Origin: an uncultured virus (IMG/VR IMGVR_UViG_3300021256_004112)
Lineage: Duplodnaviria; Heunggongvirae; Uroviricota; Caudoviricetes
IMG/VR virus record: IMGVR_UViG_3300021256_004112
Direction: 5' to 3' (one strand)
Length of the DNA: 64,000 nucleotides
Part shown: in pieces, positions 10,730-20,678 of the stretch
How the letters are laid out: every line of letters starts with the position of its first letter
Position numbering within the stretch: position 1 is the stretch's first letter
The notes under the pieces: generated by a model
The model's input: only the letters and a program-made list of their open reading frames with translations
Told to the model about the DNA's origin: nothing
Databases searched by the model: none
Made by a program: the position numbers and the translations under genes

Positions 10730-10804
10730 TGGCATCCCCAATAGGAATTGAACCTATATCATTGGTTTAGAAGACCAATGCTCTATCCGTTGAGCTATGG
10801 AGAT
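10730..10804 (-). tRNA. tRNA-Arg(TCT)
   Basis: Loop CT-TCT-AA, GTTCAAT T-loop, CCA. Confidence 0.92.
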
Positions 10805-10807
10805 GCT

Positions 10808-10882
10808 TGAGGTAACGGACAGAAATCAAACCTATATTGGGTGAACCACAATCACCCGTTCTGCTGATGAACTGCCGCTACC
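10808..10882 (-). tRNA. Degenerate tRNA-His(GTG), possible pseudogene
   Basis: Anticodon stem GGGTGA/TCACCC with TT-GTG-GT loop; T-loop GTTTGAT; 3' end TCA rather than CCA. Confidence 0.6.
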
Positions 10883-10896
10883 AAAAAATCAAAATA

Positions 10897-10972
10897 TGGT
10901 GACCCATCCGCGACTCGAACGCGGGACCCCCTGATTAAAAGTCAGATACTCTGCCAACTGAGCTAATGGGCC
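10897..10972 (-). tRNA. tRNA-Lys(TTT)
   Basis: Loop CT-TTT-AA, CCA. Confidence 0.95.
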
Positions 10973-10976
10973 AAAA

Positions 10977-11065
10977 TGGTGCCCAGAACAGGATTTGAAC
11001 CTGCACGAGAAACTAATCTCACTTGCACCTCAAACAAGTGCGTCTGCCGATTCCGCCACCTGGGC
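10977..11065 (-). tRNA. tRNA-Leu(GAG)
   Basis: Loop TT-GAG-GT, long variable arm, CCA. Confidence 0.95.
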
Positions 11066-11067
11066 AT

Positions 11068-11090
11068 TGGTGCGGTTGATAAGCAACCGC
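11068..11090 (-). other. Acceptor-stem microhelix with ACCA end
   Basis: GCGGTTG-CTTAT-CAACCGC-A-CCA in a tRNA-gene position of the array. Confidence 0.6.
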
Positions 11091-11094
11091 ATAT

Positions 11095-11186
11095 TGGCGG
11101 AGCAAGAAGGATTTGAACCTTCGCAGGGCTGTTCACCCCCTATCGGTTTTCGAAACCGGCCCCTTCAACCGCTTGGGTATTGCTCC
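11095..11186 (-). tRNA. tRNA-Ser(CGA)
   Basis: Loop TT-CGA-AA, long variable arm, CCA. Confidence 0.95.
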
Positions 11187-11345
11187 GTGGCTAACTGAAA
11201 TCTTAGGTTGGAAACACCTGTCACATGTATACCACCAACCGCATTTCATTCCTGCTTCGCCGAAGCCGGTTATTATCACACTCCGAAGAGCAGTTTTCCC
11301 AGCTTCTCCACAGGCTTTACATCCGACGTAGCCTCACCGTACAAA
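11185..11345 (-). ncRNA. Orphan TnpB omega-RNA/right-end-like scaffold (IS607/IS605-like remnant)
   Basis: TGTACGG...AAGCCTGTGGAG...CTTCGGCGAAGCAGGAA, then stem TGAAAT..GGTTGG/CCAACC..ATTTCA and end TTAGCCACGG. Resembles Firmicute tnpB 3' ends as recalled; not searched. Confidence 0.5.
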
Positions 11346-11573
11346 TAAGATTTATAAAACAATATCAAATGACACTGTTTTTATTAAAATGTTGGATGCC
11401 GTTTATTATTAGCGGTTAACTCTGTTTTCAACCAATAATTTTATTTACCCGATTAAATTATATTTGAAAGGTATGTTTTTATAAAAATTAACAAAAACAT
11501 CTCAGCAAAATAAAAAAGTGGTCTTTGGCATGTAACCAAAAACCACCCAAAATGTTATAAAGTTAAAATTTTA

Positions 11574-11822
11574 CTAATACCTTGAAACAGCAGAACATTG
11601 ACCACCGGATTCCACATAGCAGGTTTTCTTTCCGCCGGCTACCTGCTTCAGTACTTCGCCATCTAACTCCATATCTTCCATGTCTGCCATATAGGCTTCA
11701 GCTTCTTCTTTCGTAAGCTCAATGCCTTCCCCTTTGGCAAATTCTATGAGTTCTTCAACCGTTTCACAGGATAAGGCCTTCGCAGCCTGTTCCTTCGTCA
11801 GTTCATTTACATTAATTGGCAT
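11574..11822 (-). CDS. Nif11-like leader peptide precursor
   Basis: ELTKEQAAKALSCETVEELIEFAKGEGIELT...ELDGEVLKQVAGG followed by a Cys-containing core KKTCYVESGGQCSAVSRY. Confidence 0.85.
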   Translation of the reverse strand: MPINVNELTKEQAAKALSCETVEELIEFAKGEGIELTKEEAEAYMADMEDMELDGEVLKQVAGGKKTCYVESGGQCSAVSRY

Positions 11823-11904
11823 CACCATCACCCCCAAACTTGACATACTCCCCACAGCTAAGCCATACGGCATAAGCTCAACAACGAAATCACAGATTTC
11901 TGTT

Positions 11905-13225
11905 TACGCTTAAAGCAGGGGGATTCTACCGTCATAAGAAACCGCTATCAAAATAGACAGTCTTACGTCTCCTCTTGTAGTAACGAGGAAGATGCCCCTT
12001 CCCCGATAAAATTACATATTCGCTAAAATCCGCAATCCTTCGTTACGGATATTAATGGCAGCGTTAATATCCCTATCATGTTCTTCCCCGCAATGAGGAC
12101 AAGTCCATTTTCGTAAGCGTAAATCTTTTACGCCCGTAAACTTATGCCCACAGTCAGAACAGATTTGGGAAGAAGCGAACCACTTACCAACCTTTATTAC
12201 CTGGCAACCACATTTCTTTGCCATGTACTCCAGCTTTGTTACGAATTCACCAAAGCAAAGGTCGTGTATCTTCTTACCCCACAATTTAGCCATGCCTTTC
12301 AGAGAAAGATTTTCGATACAAATAGTGGCATAATTTCCACACAAAGCTACCGATAATTTCCACTGGAAATTATCCCGTAAATTCCGCAAGCGTTCATACA
12401 TACGGGACAGTTTATAGTTAGCCCGTAACCAATTCTTTGACTTCTTCTCGCCTTTACGCTCGCCAATCTTATGAGAACGGTTACGGTTTAATTTCCGTAT
12501 CGTATTCCGCATCTGCTTGAAAAATAACGGGGAATCAATCCGCTCGCCGGTATTAGTAGTGAGGAAATGCTTCAGTCCAAAGTCTAACCCGATGGCATCA
12601 CCCTGTCTGAGCAAGACTTCGTTGGAATCCACATCACAAACTACGAACAAATACCAGTCACCAAGAGCATTACGCTTGATGGTTACGGTTTTAATCTTCC
12701 CGTCAATTTCACGGCTTTTACTGAATTTAATACGGAAATTCTTTTGAAGTGTCAGTACATTTCCATCAAATTTATAACCTGTCTGTTTATAGGTAATGGA
12801 CTTATATTTCTGCTTGCTACAAAAATGAGGCGGATTTGCTTTATCGTTCTTTTTACGGTTACTGAAGAACGAACGGTAAGAACGACAGACGCGTTCAGAA
12901 ATATCCTGCACTGTTTGGCTGTTCAATTCACCCCAAAACAGAAAGCGTTTTTTATGAGTCATTTTCGTCAAATGTTTATTCAGCGTAAATGCGCTGACAT
13001 TCTTACCGAACAATCTATAATAGCGTTTCTGTAAGGCAATACAATGGTTATAAATAAAACAGGCAATTCCAAGAAGATATTCCAATTTACGGTTTCGTTT
13101 TGAGTTGTATATTTTAAATTTGTAACAACGCTTCATAGCCTACCTCTTTTAATAGCTGTTTTAAATATAGATTAACAAGAATCCTTATATCCCCATAGTT
13201 GAAACAAAGAGTTTTACGGGACGAA
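11905..13225 (-). mobile_element. IS200/IS605-family (IS1341-like, tnpB only) element
   Basis: Left-end-like GTAAAACTCTTTGTTTCAACTATGGGGATATAAG upstream; right-end-like AGAATCCCCTGCTTTAAGCG downstream; no tnpA. Confidence 0.75.
12012..13136 (-). CDS. tnpB: TnpB RNA-guided endonuclease
   Basis: N-terminal HTH (YKFKIY...FIYN), RuvC GLDFGLK / IENL / DRDINAAINI intact, CxxC..CxxC zinc ribbon. Confidence 0.95.
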   Translation of the reverse strand: MKRCYKFKIYNSKRNRKLEYLLGIACFIYNHCIALQKRYYRLFGKNVSAFTLNKHLTKMTHKKRFLFWGELNSQTVQDISERVCRSYRSFFSNRKKNDKANPPHFCSKQKYKSITYKQTGYKFDGNVLTLQKNFRIKFSKSREIDGKIKTVTIKRNALGDWYLFVVCDVDSNEVLLRQGDAIGLDFGLKHFLTTNTGERIDSPLFFKQMRNTIRKLNRNRSHKIGERKGEKKSKNWLRANYKLSRMYERLRNLRDNFQWKLSVALCGNYATICIENLSLKGMAKLWGKKIHDLCFGEFVTKLEYMAKKCGCQVIKVGKWFASSQICSDCGHKFTGVKDLRLRKWTCPHCGEEHDRDINAAINIRNEGLRILANM

Positions 13226-13301
13226 TGATAATTATCAACACAACTCTAATTTTTCAAAAAGACGGATTCATTTTCCCTCATCCTTTTCTTTATAGACCCC
13301 T

Positions 13302-16300
13302 TTATTCGGTTTTTCCCTGCTCTTTTTTGTCAAACAGTTCATTTAAGAGTTCAGGGAGTTTACCTTCTTTTGCGTAAGGAAGGGCATCCACCTGACGGAA
13401 GTTATGGGTAGGGATATGGACTTCATCATCAAAGCCCAAAATATAACTGATAGCAATTTTATAGATGATTTCCGTAGGGGCTAATCCATACACCTGTTTC
13501 TCGAAAATATGCCGTAAGCGGTCTTCCTTATTGGGGAATAATGCTTTCATTTTTTCGCTTTGATACAAACGCTTTACGATTTCGGTAATATACAGCCCTG
13601 ATTTCATATAAAGGTCAATGAATGTTTTATCGGGTAAATCAAAGCAACCGGGATTTTCTTTTTCTAACATATCGACCATCCGTTGTACTACCGTCTTGGG
13701 GGTAAATATCTGATTGGTCTTCTGTGGTGGGATATAATCAAAGATATCTTCAATGGCCTTTTCATCAAAGTAATCAGCCAGCTTCTTTTTCAGGGCAAGG
13801 AATTCTTTGACGGAATCATCAAACACGACGGCATCGAACAACTGTCCATTAAAATGTTTCTTCTCGCCCGTTTCCTTGTCTATATAATCCCCGCCGTCCC
13901 TCAACAGGCGGAACTGGTCTAAGGTAATGCTGGTGACTTCCGTAAAGACTTTGCCGGGGACGACCGTGTCAAAAGTAGCCAACGTTACAGTATTATCCCC
14001 ATACGCCATCAGAAAGGACGGGATAGTACGGGAGAATCCCCGCAGATGCTTACGGACTTCATCCTCAATATCTTCCTTTTCCTTCTGTTTTTGGGAAGTT
14101 TCTACCGTAGCGATAGTTTCCTTTTTCGTCTCATCGGTAATTTTTTCCAAAAGCTCAGAAACTTCTTCCTTAAAGGACTGATTGACCGCCCGTTTCTTTT
14201 CCACATATTCCTGTTCGATTTCCTCAACAGTACGGTTGGTCTTATCCCTGTTCTGTAAAACCTCTTTGCGTTCTTCTTCCAATACCTTATGGTTGATATC
14301 ATGCTGGGCGAAGGCTTTATCAATCTTGCGGTCCGATTCCGCCACAAGCTGTTTTTTTAGCCGACTCTGTTCCGTAGACTTTAATTGGTATTTATCAGAA
14401 GCATCGGCGACAATCTGCTCAATCTGTTTTTCCTTCACCAGCTTTTTAATAGAATCCGCAAGGGACGACATATCATCTTTCGCTACATGTTCTTCCATCT
14501 CGGAAATAGCTTCCTGCGTATCATACACCTTATCGCCAAAGACATCCTTTTCTTTGCCGATGATATATTCTTCCGTAACCTCTACTTCCCCGTCTTCATT
14601 GAGGCAAAGGTCTTCTTTCACATCGGGGGGAAGATTCACCTTATCCAACTTCCCTTCTTCCACGGGAGCGAACTGATTAATAATATCCTGTATCTCTTTG
14701 GGAGCGCCAAAGATATGAGAGATATTGCAGAAGAGGAAGTCGGACATAAAGCCCCGCCGTACCACTTCCACGGATTTAATCTTACGGGGAATGGACAATA
14801 CTTTTTCGGCATCCAGCTCTATCATTTCCCCATTCTCATCTTCACCGATGACAGGGAAGAAGTTTAGGAGTGTACGGATATTCTCTTTACGGTCTTCTAT
14901 GCTACCATGTCCCGATGCCGTATTGGGCGAAAGGTCATTAGCAAATTCCTCAAAGATAATCAATGTGCGGGCTGGGTCAAAATCGAACACATAGGCATTC
15001 TCCTTCCGTTCAAAGCCGCTCTCGGTAGCGAACAGACAGGGATTCTGCGCACGGAACGCCGCCTGCATATAAAGAGATGGGCTTTTCACATTGGAAAGCA
15101 TCAGCACTGCGGTCCATTCAGGGATAGTCACCCCTGTCGTTAACTGCCCGACAGATAAAGTGATGGTTTTGTCATGAGAAGCAATAGCTTCTTTTACCTT
15201 ATCGAAGGATTTTTTATTTTCGTCCTCATCATCTATCTTACCGTCGCCGGCCGCCAGCACAATCTCATAATCCTTAAACACAGGATGTTCTTGTAACATT
15301 TTAGCCAACGCTTTGGCAGAATCCACACGGTTCAGTAACCAAAAGGTATGTTTTAATTTTCCCCGTAGCTCCTCGGTAGAGAAGGGAAATTTTTCCTGTT
15401 TGGTCAATGCGTCCAAAAAACGGATGACGGAAGACTCATGGATGAACTTCCCGTTCCCGTTGGTAGCAAAAAACTCGTTGAGGTCGAAAGCATATTCCAC
15501 GGTCTCGCCGTTGATTTCGATACCCTGTTTCAAATCCTCACGGACGATTTCCGACATTTGGTAGGTAAAGAGGTTCAGCTTGGGTAATGTACCGTAAGGA
15601 TTATCCTCTTCTCCCTGCCAGTCCCGTTTGGCTTCCTGCTCATCCGCATAGGTCCAGTTATAGATAGCGTCTTCGGCGAACTTATTATCCGCCAGCGCTT
15701 TAAAGGGAGTCCCCGACAGATGCAGAGTAAATTTCCGTTTGATATTGTCGAAAGCGACGTCGGTTTTATAGGTATCTACCCCTTCATGAGCTTCATCAAT
15801 GACCAACATATCCCAGTCCATATTACGGACTTCTTCCAACTTTTTGTATTGTCCGCCGAAATAGATAGACCCCTTCATATCCTGTAAAGATACGAATTCA
15901 ATACACTTGGCGTTCTCATCCTCATACAGTTTTTCGATAAACTGCTGACGGGTAAGTACACCTGCTTTATTTTTAAGGGCATCCACTTCGGACACGAAAT
16001 AATATCCGGCTTCCTGCCCGATGAATTTTTTATAATCCTCGAACCATGAATTAGCGATGGCGGGACGGTTGGTAACAATCAAGACGGTTTTAGCGTCTAC
16101 CTGTTTCATCAGGTCATAAGCGGATAATGTCTTGCCGAACCGAGGTTTAGCGTTCCACAAAAACTCTCCCTGCGGATGTGTTTTGGCATAAGAAGCCGTC
16201 CGTTCCACTGCTTTTTGCTGTTCCTCACGAAGCGTATATGGGATAACGACGGCATCCAAATCCAACCCGCGGGTCTTACGAAACTTATAGAACCGTATTT

Positions 16301-16622
16301 CAGAATCATCGGGAGTGATATGAAACCACTCATTATTTTTACCCTTTTCCTGTTCCACGCCCTGCTTACGGAGATAAGAATGGAATTCCTTATCGGTAAA
16401 TCGGTCATTAGTGCCAGCATATACAGCGTTATCATGCCATTCCAGCTTCCATAAAATATCCGCCGTATGGGTCTGCTGGTTGATACGGGAAGCCACATCC
16501 TGCTCAGTATACCCAATTTTCGTCCAGCCGTCATGACGGGCAATCTCAGGAGTGGTATAGGCATAAATCTGCGGAAACGCAGGCTTGGTAGTCTGTATCT
16601 GTATGCTTGCCAACTTATTCAC
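13302..16622 (-). CDS. Restriction-type endonuclease: GIY-YIG + SF2 helicase + C-terminal MTase N-half
   Basis: IYAY...KIGYT (GIY-YIG-like), KPRFGKT, DEAH, SGTP; C-terminal QIFTPK...DLYMKSG resembling N6-MTase motifs X/I. Confidence 0.85.
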   Translation of the reverse strand: MNKLASIQIQTTKPAFPQIYAYTTPEIARHDGWTKIGYTEQDVASRINQQTHTADILWKLEWHDNAVYAGTNDRFTDKEFHSYLRKQGVEQEKGKNNEWFHITPDDSEIRFYKFRKTRGLDLDAVVIPYTLREEQQKAVERTASYAKTHPQGEFLWNAKPRFGKTLSAYDLMKQVDAKTVLIVTNRPAIANSWFEDYKKFIGQEAGYYFVSEVDALKNKAGVLTRQQFIEKLYEDENAKCIEFVSLQDMKGSIYFGGQYKKLEEVRNMDWDMLVIDEAHEGVDTYKTDVAFDNIKRKFTLHLSGTPFKALADNKFAEDAIYNWTYADEQEAKRDWQGEEDNPYGTLPKLNLFTYQMSEIVREDLKQGIEINGETVEYAFDLNEFFATNGNGKFIHESSVIRFLDALTKQEKFPFSTEELRGKLKHTFWLLNRVDSAKALAKMLQEHPVFKDYEIVLAAGDGKIDDEDENKKSFDKVKEAIASHDKTITLSVGQLTTGVTIPEWTAVLMLSNVKSPSLYMQAAFRAQNPCLFATESGFERKENAYVFDFDPARTLIIFEEFANDLSPNTASGHGSIEDRKENIRTLLNFFPVIGEDENGEMIELDAEKVLSIPRKIKSVEVVRRGFMSDFLFCNISHIFGAPKEIQDIINQFAPVEEGKLDKVNLPPDVKEDLCLNEDGEVEVTEEYIIGKEKDVFGDKVYDTQEAISEMEEHVAKDDMSSLADSIKKLVKEKQIEQIVADASDKYQLKSTEQSRLKKQLVAESDRKIDKAFAQHDINHKVLEEERKEVLQNRDKTNRTVEEIEQEYVEKKRAVNQSFKEEVSELLEKITDETKKETIATVETSQKQKEKEDIEDEVRKHLRGFSRTIPSFLMAYGDNTVTLATFDTVVPGKVFTEVTSITLDQFRLLRDGGDYIDKETGEKKHFNGQLFDAVVFDDSVKEFLALKKKLADYFDEKAIEDIFDYIPPQKTNQIFTPKTVVQRMVDMLEKENPGCFDLPDKTFIDLYMKSGLYITEIVKRLYQSEKMKALFPNKEDRLRHIFEKQVYGLAPTEIIYKIAISYILGFDDEVHIPTHNFRQVDALPYAKEGKLPELLNELFDKKEQGKTE

Positions 16623-17688
16623 CCCTTTTGCGTAAATTATCTACTCTGTTTTTTATATAATCAATCTCTGCTTCTGAAAACCCAACCAGTTGAAACAGTT
16701 GCGTATTCAAATCAGAAGCAAAATCTATCAGCTTATTGTTATCCGAATAATCAATAATATCCGGAACTGCTTTCCCTAAAGAAGTCAACGCTTCATCCGT
16801 CATCAGAAAAGCAAATTTTATCAGATAGGTATTAGCGTAATCGTAAAAATGCTTTGCTTCCGCCAATGTCTTAAAAGAACGTAAGCCGACTCGGACACGT
16901 CCATAGGCAGAATGGTTATCAGCAATTTCAATCTGATTATCTCTTTTTTGACCGCCGGCATTGGCGCTGGACACAATGACCTGCCATTCTTTGATATATT
17001 CTGTATTAGTAGTAATTAAATCCTTATCAGCGACGAACCATTTTGCCCGTCCTGCCTTCCCTGCACGGTCGTTGGTCAACAGTTTTATTTTCTTATCCCA
17101 GTTATATTTTTTAGAAGGGATATATTCTTCCACACGGGACGGATTCTTTTCAACGAAATCACTTTCGATAGAAAACAAAGAACGGGGAAGAATCGCTTCA
17201 TGCAAAAACGACAGGTGATTCTTTTGGACGAATTCCGTAATCTTATCCACGATTTTCATATCATCAGGAATTAACGGCATCAAATCATCACCTGGATTTT
17301 TAGCAAAAATTTCTTGTTCTTCCCCATGCTTACAATACACATAGTTAAACCCGTCGGTATCTTTATCCTTCTTTTTGGTAACGATAGTTATCCCGTCGGA
17401 CAAATCAGCAGCCTGCCCGAATAATTCCTTAGAGTCGGGATAAAACTCTACAGTAGAAAGGGTATGGTCGTTTATCAGAGATTTACCGAACTGTTGCAAG
17501 CCCTTCCCCGATTGATGTATCCAGCGACCGCCGGGATATATCATGACGGAACTCTGCTTTATAATCTTATCGGCTTCCATTTGGAAATAATGAAAAATGT
17601 TCTTACGAGGTTTTTGCCCATTGGTTGCAGATTCCGTCTCGGATTCTTCCTGATACGGCGGATTCCCAATACAAAAATCGAATTTCAT
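16615..17688 (-). CDS. Eco57I-like N6-adenine MTase catalytic half plus target-recognition region
   Basis: Begins MKFDFCIGNPPYQ; no SAM-binding motif I; overlaps the helicase start. Confidence 0.85.
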   Translation of the reverse strand: MKFDFCIGNPPYQEESETESATNGQKPRKNIFHYFQMEADKIIKQSSVMIYPGGRWIHQSGKGLQQFGKSLINDHTLSTVEFYPDSKELFGQAADLSDGITIVTKKKDKDTDGFNYVYCKHGEEQEIFAKNPGDDLMPLIPDDMKIVDKITEFVQKNHLSFLHEAILPRSLFSIESDFVEKNPSRVEEYIPSKKYNWDKKIKLLTNDRAGKAGRAKWFVADKDLITTNTEYIKEWQVIVSSANAGGQKRDNQIEIADNHSAYGRVRVGLRSFKTLAEAKHFYDYANTYLIKFAFLMTDEALTSLGKAVPDIIDYSDNNKLIDFASDLNTQLFQLVGFSEAEIDYIKNRVDNLRKRGE

Positions 17689-17716
17689 AAAAATGTCCCC
17701 TTTTCTTTATCAACTG

Positions 17717-18661
17717 TTATCTACGGTTGTTCTCTTTGATGCTGTTGAATGTTAAAGACTTTTGCGCCCGCCAATCCCTGATACGACAATAGACGGACTT
17801 ATTCTGCGCATCCCCGTCCTGCAGGACAAAATCAAACAAACTGTTCTGTTCCGCTGCGGGCTTACTGAAAGGCACAAGACCTGTCAAGCCATCCATCTGC
17901 CATATATTCCATACAATATAATTAACCACCTTATTCAATTCGCACTTCGTCGGATTTTTCTGCCAACGCTCCTGCATATGTTCCGCAAAAGATACCAAAA
18001 GATTGATACGGGCAATTAATAAGTTATCCCCTTGGAATTCATATCCATATACAGACTGGAACGCACGATATGTCCATTTTAACCAGTCATCATAATTATC
18101 AGTATTTTCCCCTACGATGCGTAATTTACGGTCAAGGATACCGATGCGTTCACGGACGGGGATATATTCCCCTGTGGCGGCATCATAACGGGAAACGATA
18201 TAAGGGGCTTCCCCGCAAGTAATCTCTAAACGCTTAGAGTCCACATACCGTTGCCAACCTTTCTTTTTAGGAAATTCAATGTTACCTTTGGTGATAACCC
18301 ATGTATGCTTCCCGTCTTTCGTGTCTACCTCTTTATTGAATACATCCTTGCGCCCGAACCATTCTTCGTCACAATGGTTGTTCATGCGGTTACAAATCCA
18401 TGCAGGGGTAAAGACTTCCGCTTTCTTCTTCGTGCGTTCCGCCTGTTCCTGCAAGGATTTTAATACACGAGGTTGGATAGATAAGGTATCCAAGCCATAA
18501 AGCATGGCAGTCGTAATCTCAGTGGTCTTATCGGCATCCAGCTTATCGGACTTATATGCGTCCGTCGCAAAAATAATATTCCGTTTTGTCGTCTTATCCT
18601 GCAAAAGTTTATCCAATACGTCAACGACGGGATATGCTTTTAAGTCAATCAAATTTTCCAT
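17717..18661 (-). CDS. Restriction-modification M subunit (MTase N-half, no NPPY)
   Basis: KAEVFTPAW, LEITCGEAPY, YGYEFQGDNL; ends before any NPPY motif. Confidence 0.8.
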   Translation of the reverse strand: MENLIDLKAYPVVDVLDKLLQDKTTKRNIIFATDAYKSDKLDADKTTEITTAMLYGLDTLSIQPRVLKSLQEQAERTKKKAEVFTPAWICNRMNNHCDEEWFGRKDVFNKEVDTKDGKHTWVITKGNIEFPKKKGWQRYVDSKRLEITCGEAPYIVSRYDAATGEYIPVRERIGILDRKLRIVGENTDNYDDWLKWTYRAFQSVYGYEFQGDNLLIARINLLVSFAEHMQERWQKNPTKCELNKVVNYIVWNIWQMDGLTGLVPFSKPAAEQNSLFDFVLQDGDAQNKSVYCRIRDWRAQKSLTFNSIKENNRR

Positions 18662-19004
18662 GTGTACCCCTTATAATAAATTACTTCTCTATTATACCAT
18701 ATTGCGAAAACAAAATAGAATTAATCATTCAAAACAATTATATTATAATTTCGCCATCATTTTTTCTTTTATATCAGGTCTTGGTATGACATACCAATAT
18801 TTTATTAAATATCGAAGACATTGCTCAAAAGTATCCTTAAAAACTTCTGCCACATCATCCGTTTTTACAATCCAAACATTCTTTTTTTGTAGAATCAGAT
18901 ATATTCTAATGCTTTTAGTTTTTCCCAACCTCTTTTTAATGAATTATAATATCCATAATCATCCATTAAATAATCTTACATAAACCTATTCCCCTTTACA
19001 ATAA

Positions 19005-20048
19005 TCATTCTCCAGAAATTAAATCATAAAAAGTAGTTTCAGAAATAACATTTATCTTTTTCCCTTTTGCAATTAAAACTTCCACTTTTTTCATCTTTGT
19101 GCTTTTATAAAATTCTTCGCCCATAAAGTCAAAATCGCCTACCACTAAAAAATCTGTATCTTTATTTACTCCGTTTTGACAATAACCACCAATATTCACC
19201 ACAATTTGTCCTGCTTCTTTTCGTAAAAACCGTTTTAATTTTCCAGTAAAAACAATGTTTTTGCCATAAAAAGGACTGTCTTTATTTATTAAAATCCCCT
19301 CAGACTTTAATGTCGTTAAATCAAAGTGTTCCCTATAATTATATTTCGGTTTTAATAATTCTGTAATATCGACATCGCTTTCAATAACAATGCCGTTAAG
19401 CCATAAATAAAGCTCCTGTGTTGCAACGCAATCACTTAATGCCCTATGAAAAGAAATATCTACCGGCATTCGATTTTCTCTAATCCTTTCCAAATTAAGC
19501 ATTAATATCATATCCCCCAACGTATAGCTATCGCTTTCAATAAGTTTTCGGCTCAACGTCAATGTGTCTAAATAATCATTGGTCAAATAATACCGTTTTT
19601 CTAAATTAAATAAACAATTACGCAAAAAACGAATATCAAAAGAAATATTATGTCCAACAATAATATCATCTGCCAAAAAAGTATTTACTTTATCAGCAAT
19701 ATCAGAAAACAAAGGGGCATCCTCTAACATATTGTTAGTAATACCGGTCAATTCCGAAACAAAATTATCAACATACCCTTCAGGATAATCGTAATACCGA
19801 TTCGGTCGAACTAAAGTAGAAAACCTGTCTACCTCTTTAAAGTTCCGGTACTTAATACAGGCGATTTCTATTATTTCATCATAATCAGGTTGAAACCCAG
19901 TAGTTTCAACATCTAAAATTACATAATCCTTCGGCATATAATTAACAGGCTCTCCAATATGAATCCAATTTTGCTTAAAATGCTCTTTTATAGCAAGATT
20001 GCCTACAAAATTACCGAAAAACTTATCGTCACTTTTTATGTATCGCAT
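19005..20048 (-). CDS. DEDDh 3'-5' exonuclease with C-terminal BRCT domain
   Basis: LDVETTG, GHNISFD, HRALSD; BRCT GKNIVFTG...GG...VNKDTDFLVVG. Confidence 0.9.
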   Translation of the reverse strand: MRYIKSDDKFFGNFVGNLAIKEHFKQNWIHIGEPVNYMPKDYVILDVETTGFQPDYDEIIEIACIKYRNFKEVDRFSTLVRPNRYYDYPEGYVDNFVSELTGITNNMLEDAPLFSDIADKVNTFLADDIIVGHNISFDIRFLRNCLFNLEKRYYLTNDYLDTLTLSRKLIESDSYTLGDMILMLNLERIRENRMPVDISFHRALSDCVATQELYLWLNGIVIESDVDITELLKPKYNYREHFDLTTLKSEGILINKDSPFYGKNIVFTGKLKRFLRKEAGQIVVNIGGYCQNGVNKDTDFLVVGDFDFMGEEFYKSTKMKKVEVLIAKGKKINVISETTFYDLISGE

Positions 20049-20059
20049 AATTTCACCTA

Positions 20060-20671
20060 TTATATATTTCTATTTACACCATAAAAAATATGCCCATGTT
20101 CTAAATGATATCTATACGTACAAGCCGTAGAATATAATTTATTGGGATGCACACACTTCTTTGCATCCGAACATTGAAGATATCTATAACAACATCCAAA
20201 AGAAGATTCGTTAGAATGATAAGTACTAACATTATAAATAATAAGATTGCACATAAAAGTAAAAAGAGCTGAGTCAGATACTAAATATCTGACTGTTTTT
20301 GCATCTTTACTGCCTAACACTTTAGGATTCCCAACTATAGCAATTTTATCTAAAGTATCTTCATTTACACGTATAATGCAAAAAACGCCCTTCTTTTTTA
20401 GTTCTTTCTTAACAAAGCTAAAACATTGCTCAATCTGTTTATCAAATTTATTGTCACCATAAGGAGCTGGATAATAAGGTTCATGAATACAAAACGACCA
20501 GCTAATCAACTCATTATTTTTACGGGAATAATTTTCTTGTATAAACAAACATCCATCAGGCAACTCAAATTCTTTTTCAACTGTTTTTAAATACTGTTTT
20601 AAAGAACTCAATAAATCGTTAAAATTATTAACTTCTTCGTTTTGTACAAATTTATCACTAACAAATAGCAT
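20060..20671 (-). CDS. Hypothetical protein with C-terminal Cys cluster
   Basis: FGCCYRYLQCSDAKKCVHP...CTYRYHL, a putative metal-binding segment. Confidence 0.7.
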   Translation of the reverse strand: MLFVSDKFVQNEEVNNFNDLLSSLKQYLKTVEKEFELPDGCLFIQENYSRKNNELISWSFCIHEPYYPAPYGDNKFDKQIEQCFSFVKKELKKKGVFCIIRVNEDTLDKIAIVGNPKVLGSKDAKTVRYLVSDSALFTFMCNLIIYNVSTYHSNESSFGCCYRYLQCSDAKKCVHPNKLYSTACTYRYHLEHGHIFYGVNRNI

Positions 20672-20678
20672 ATTTACC

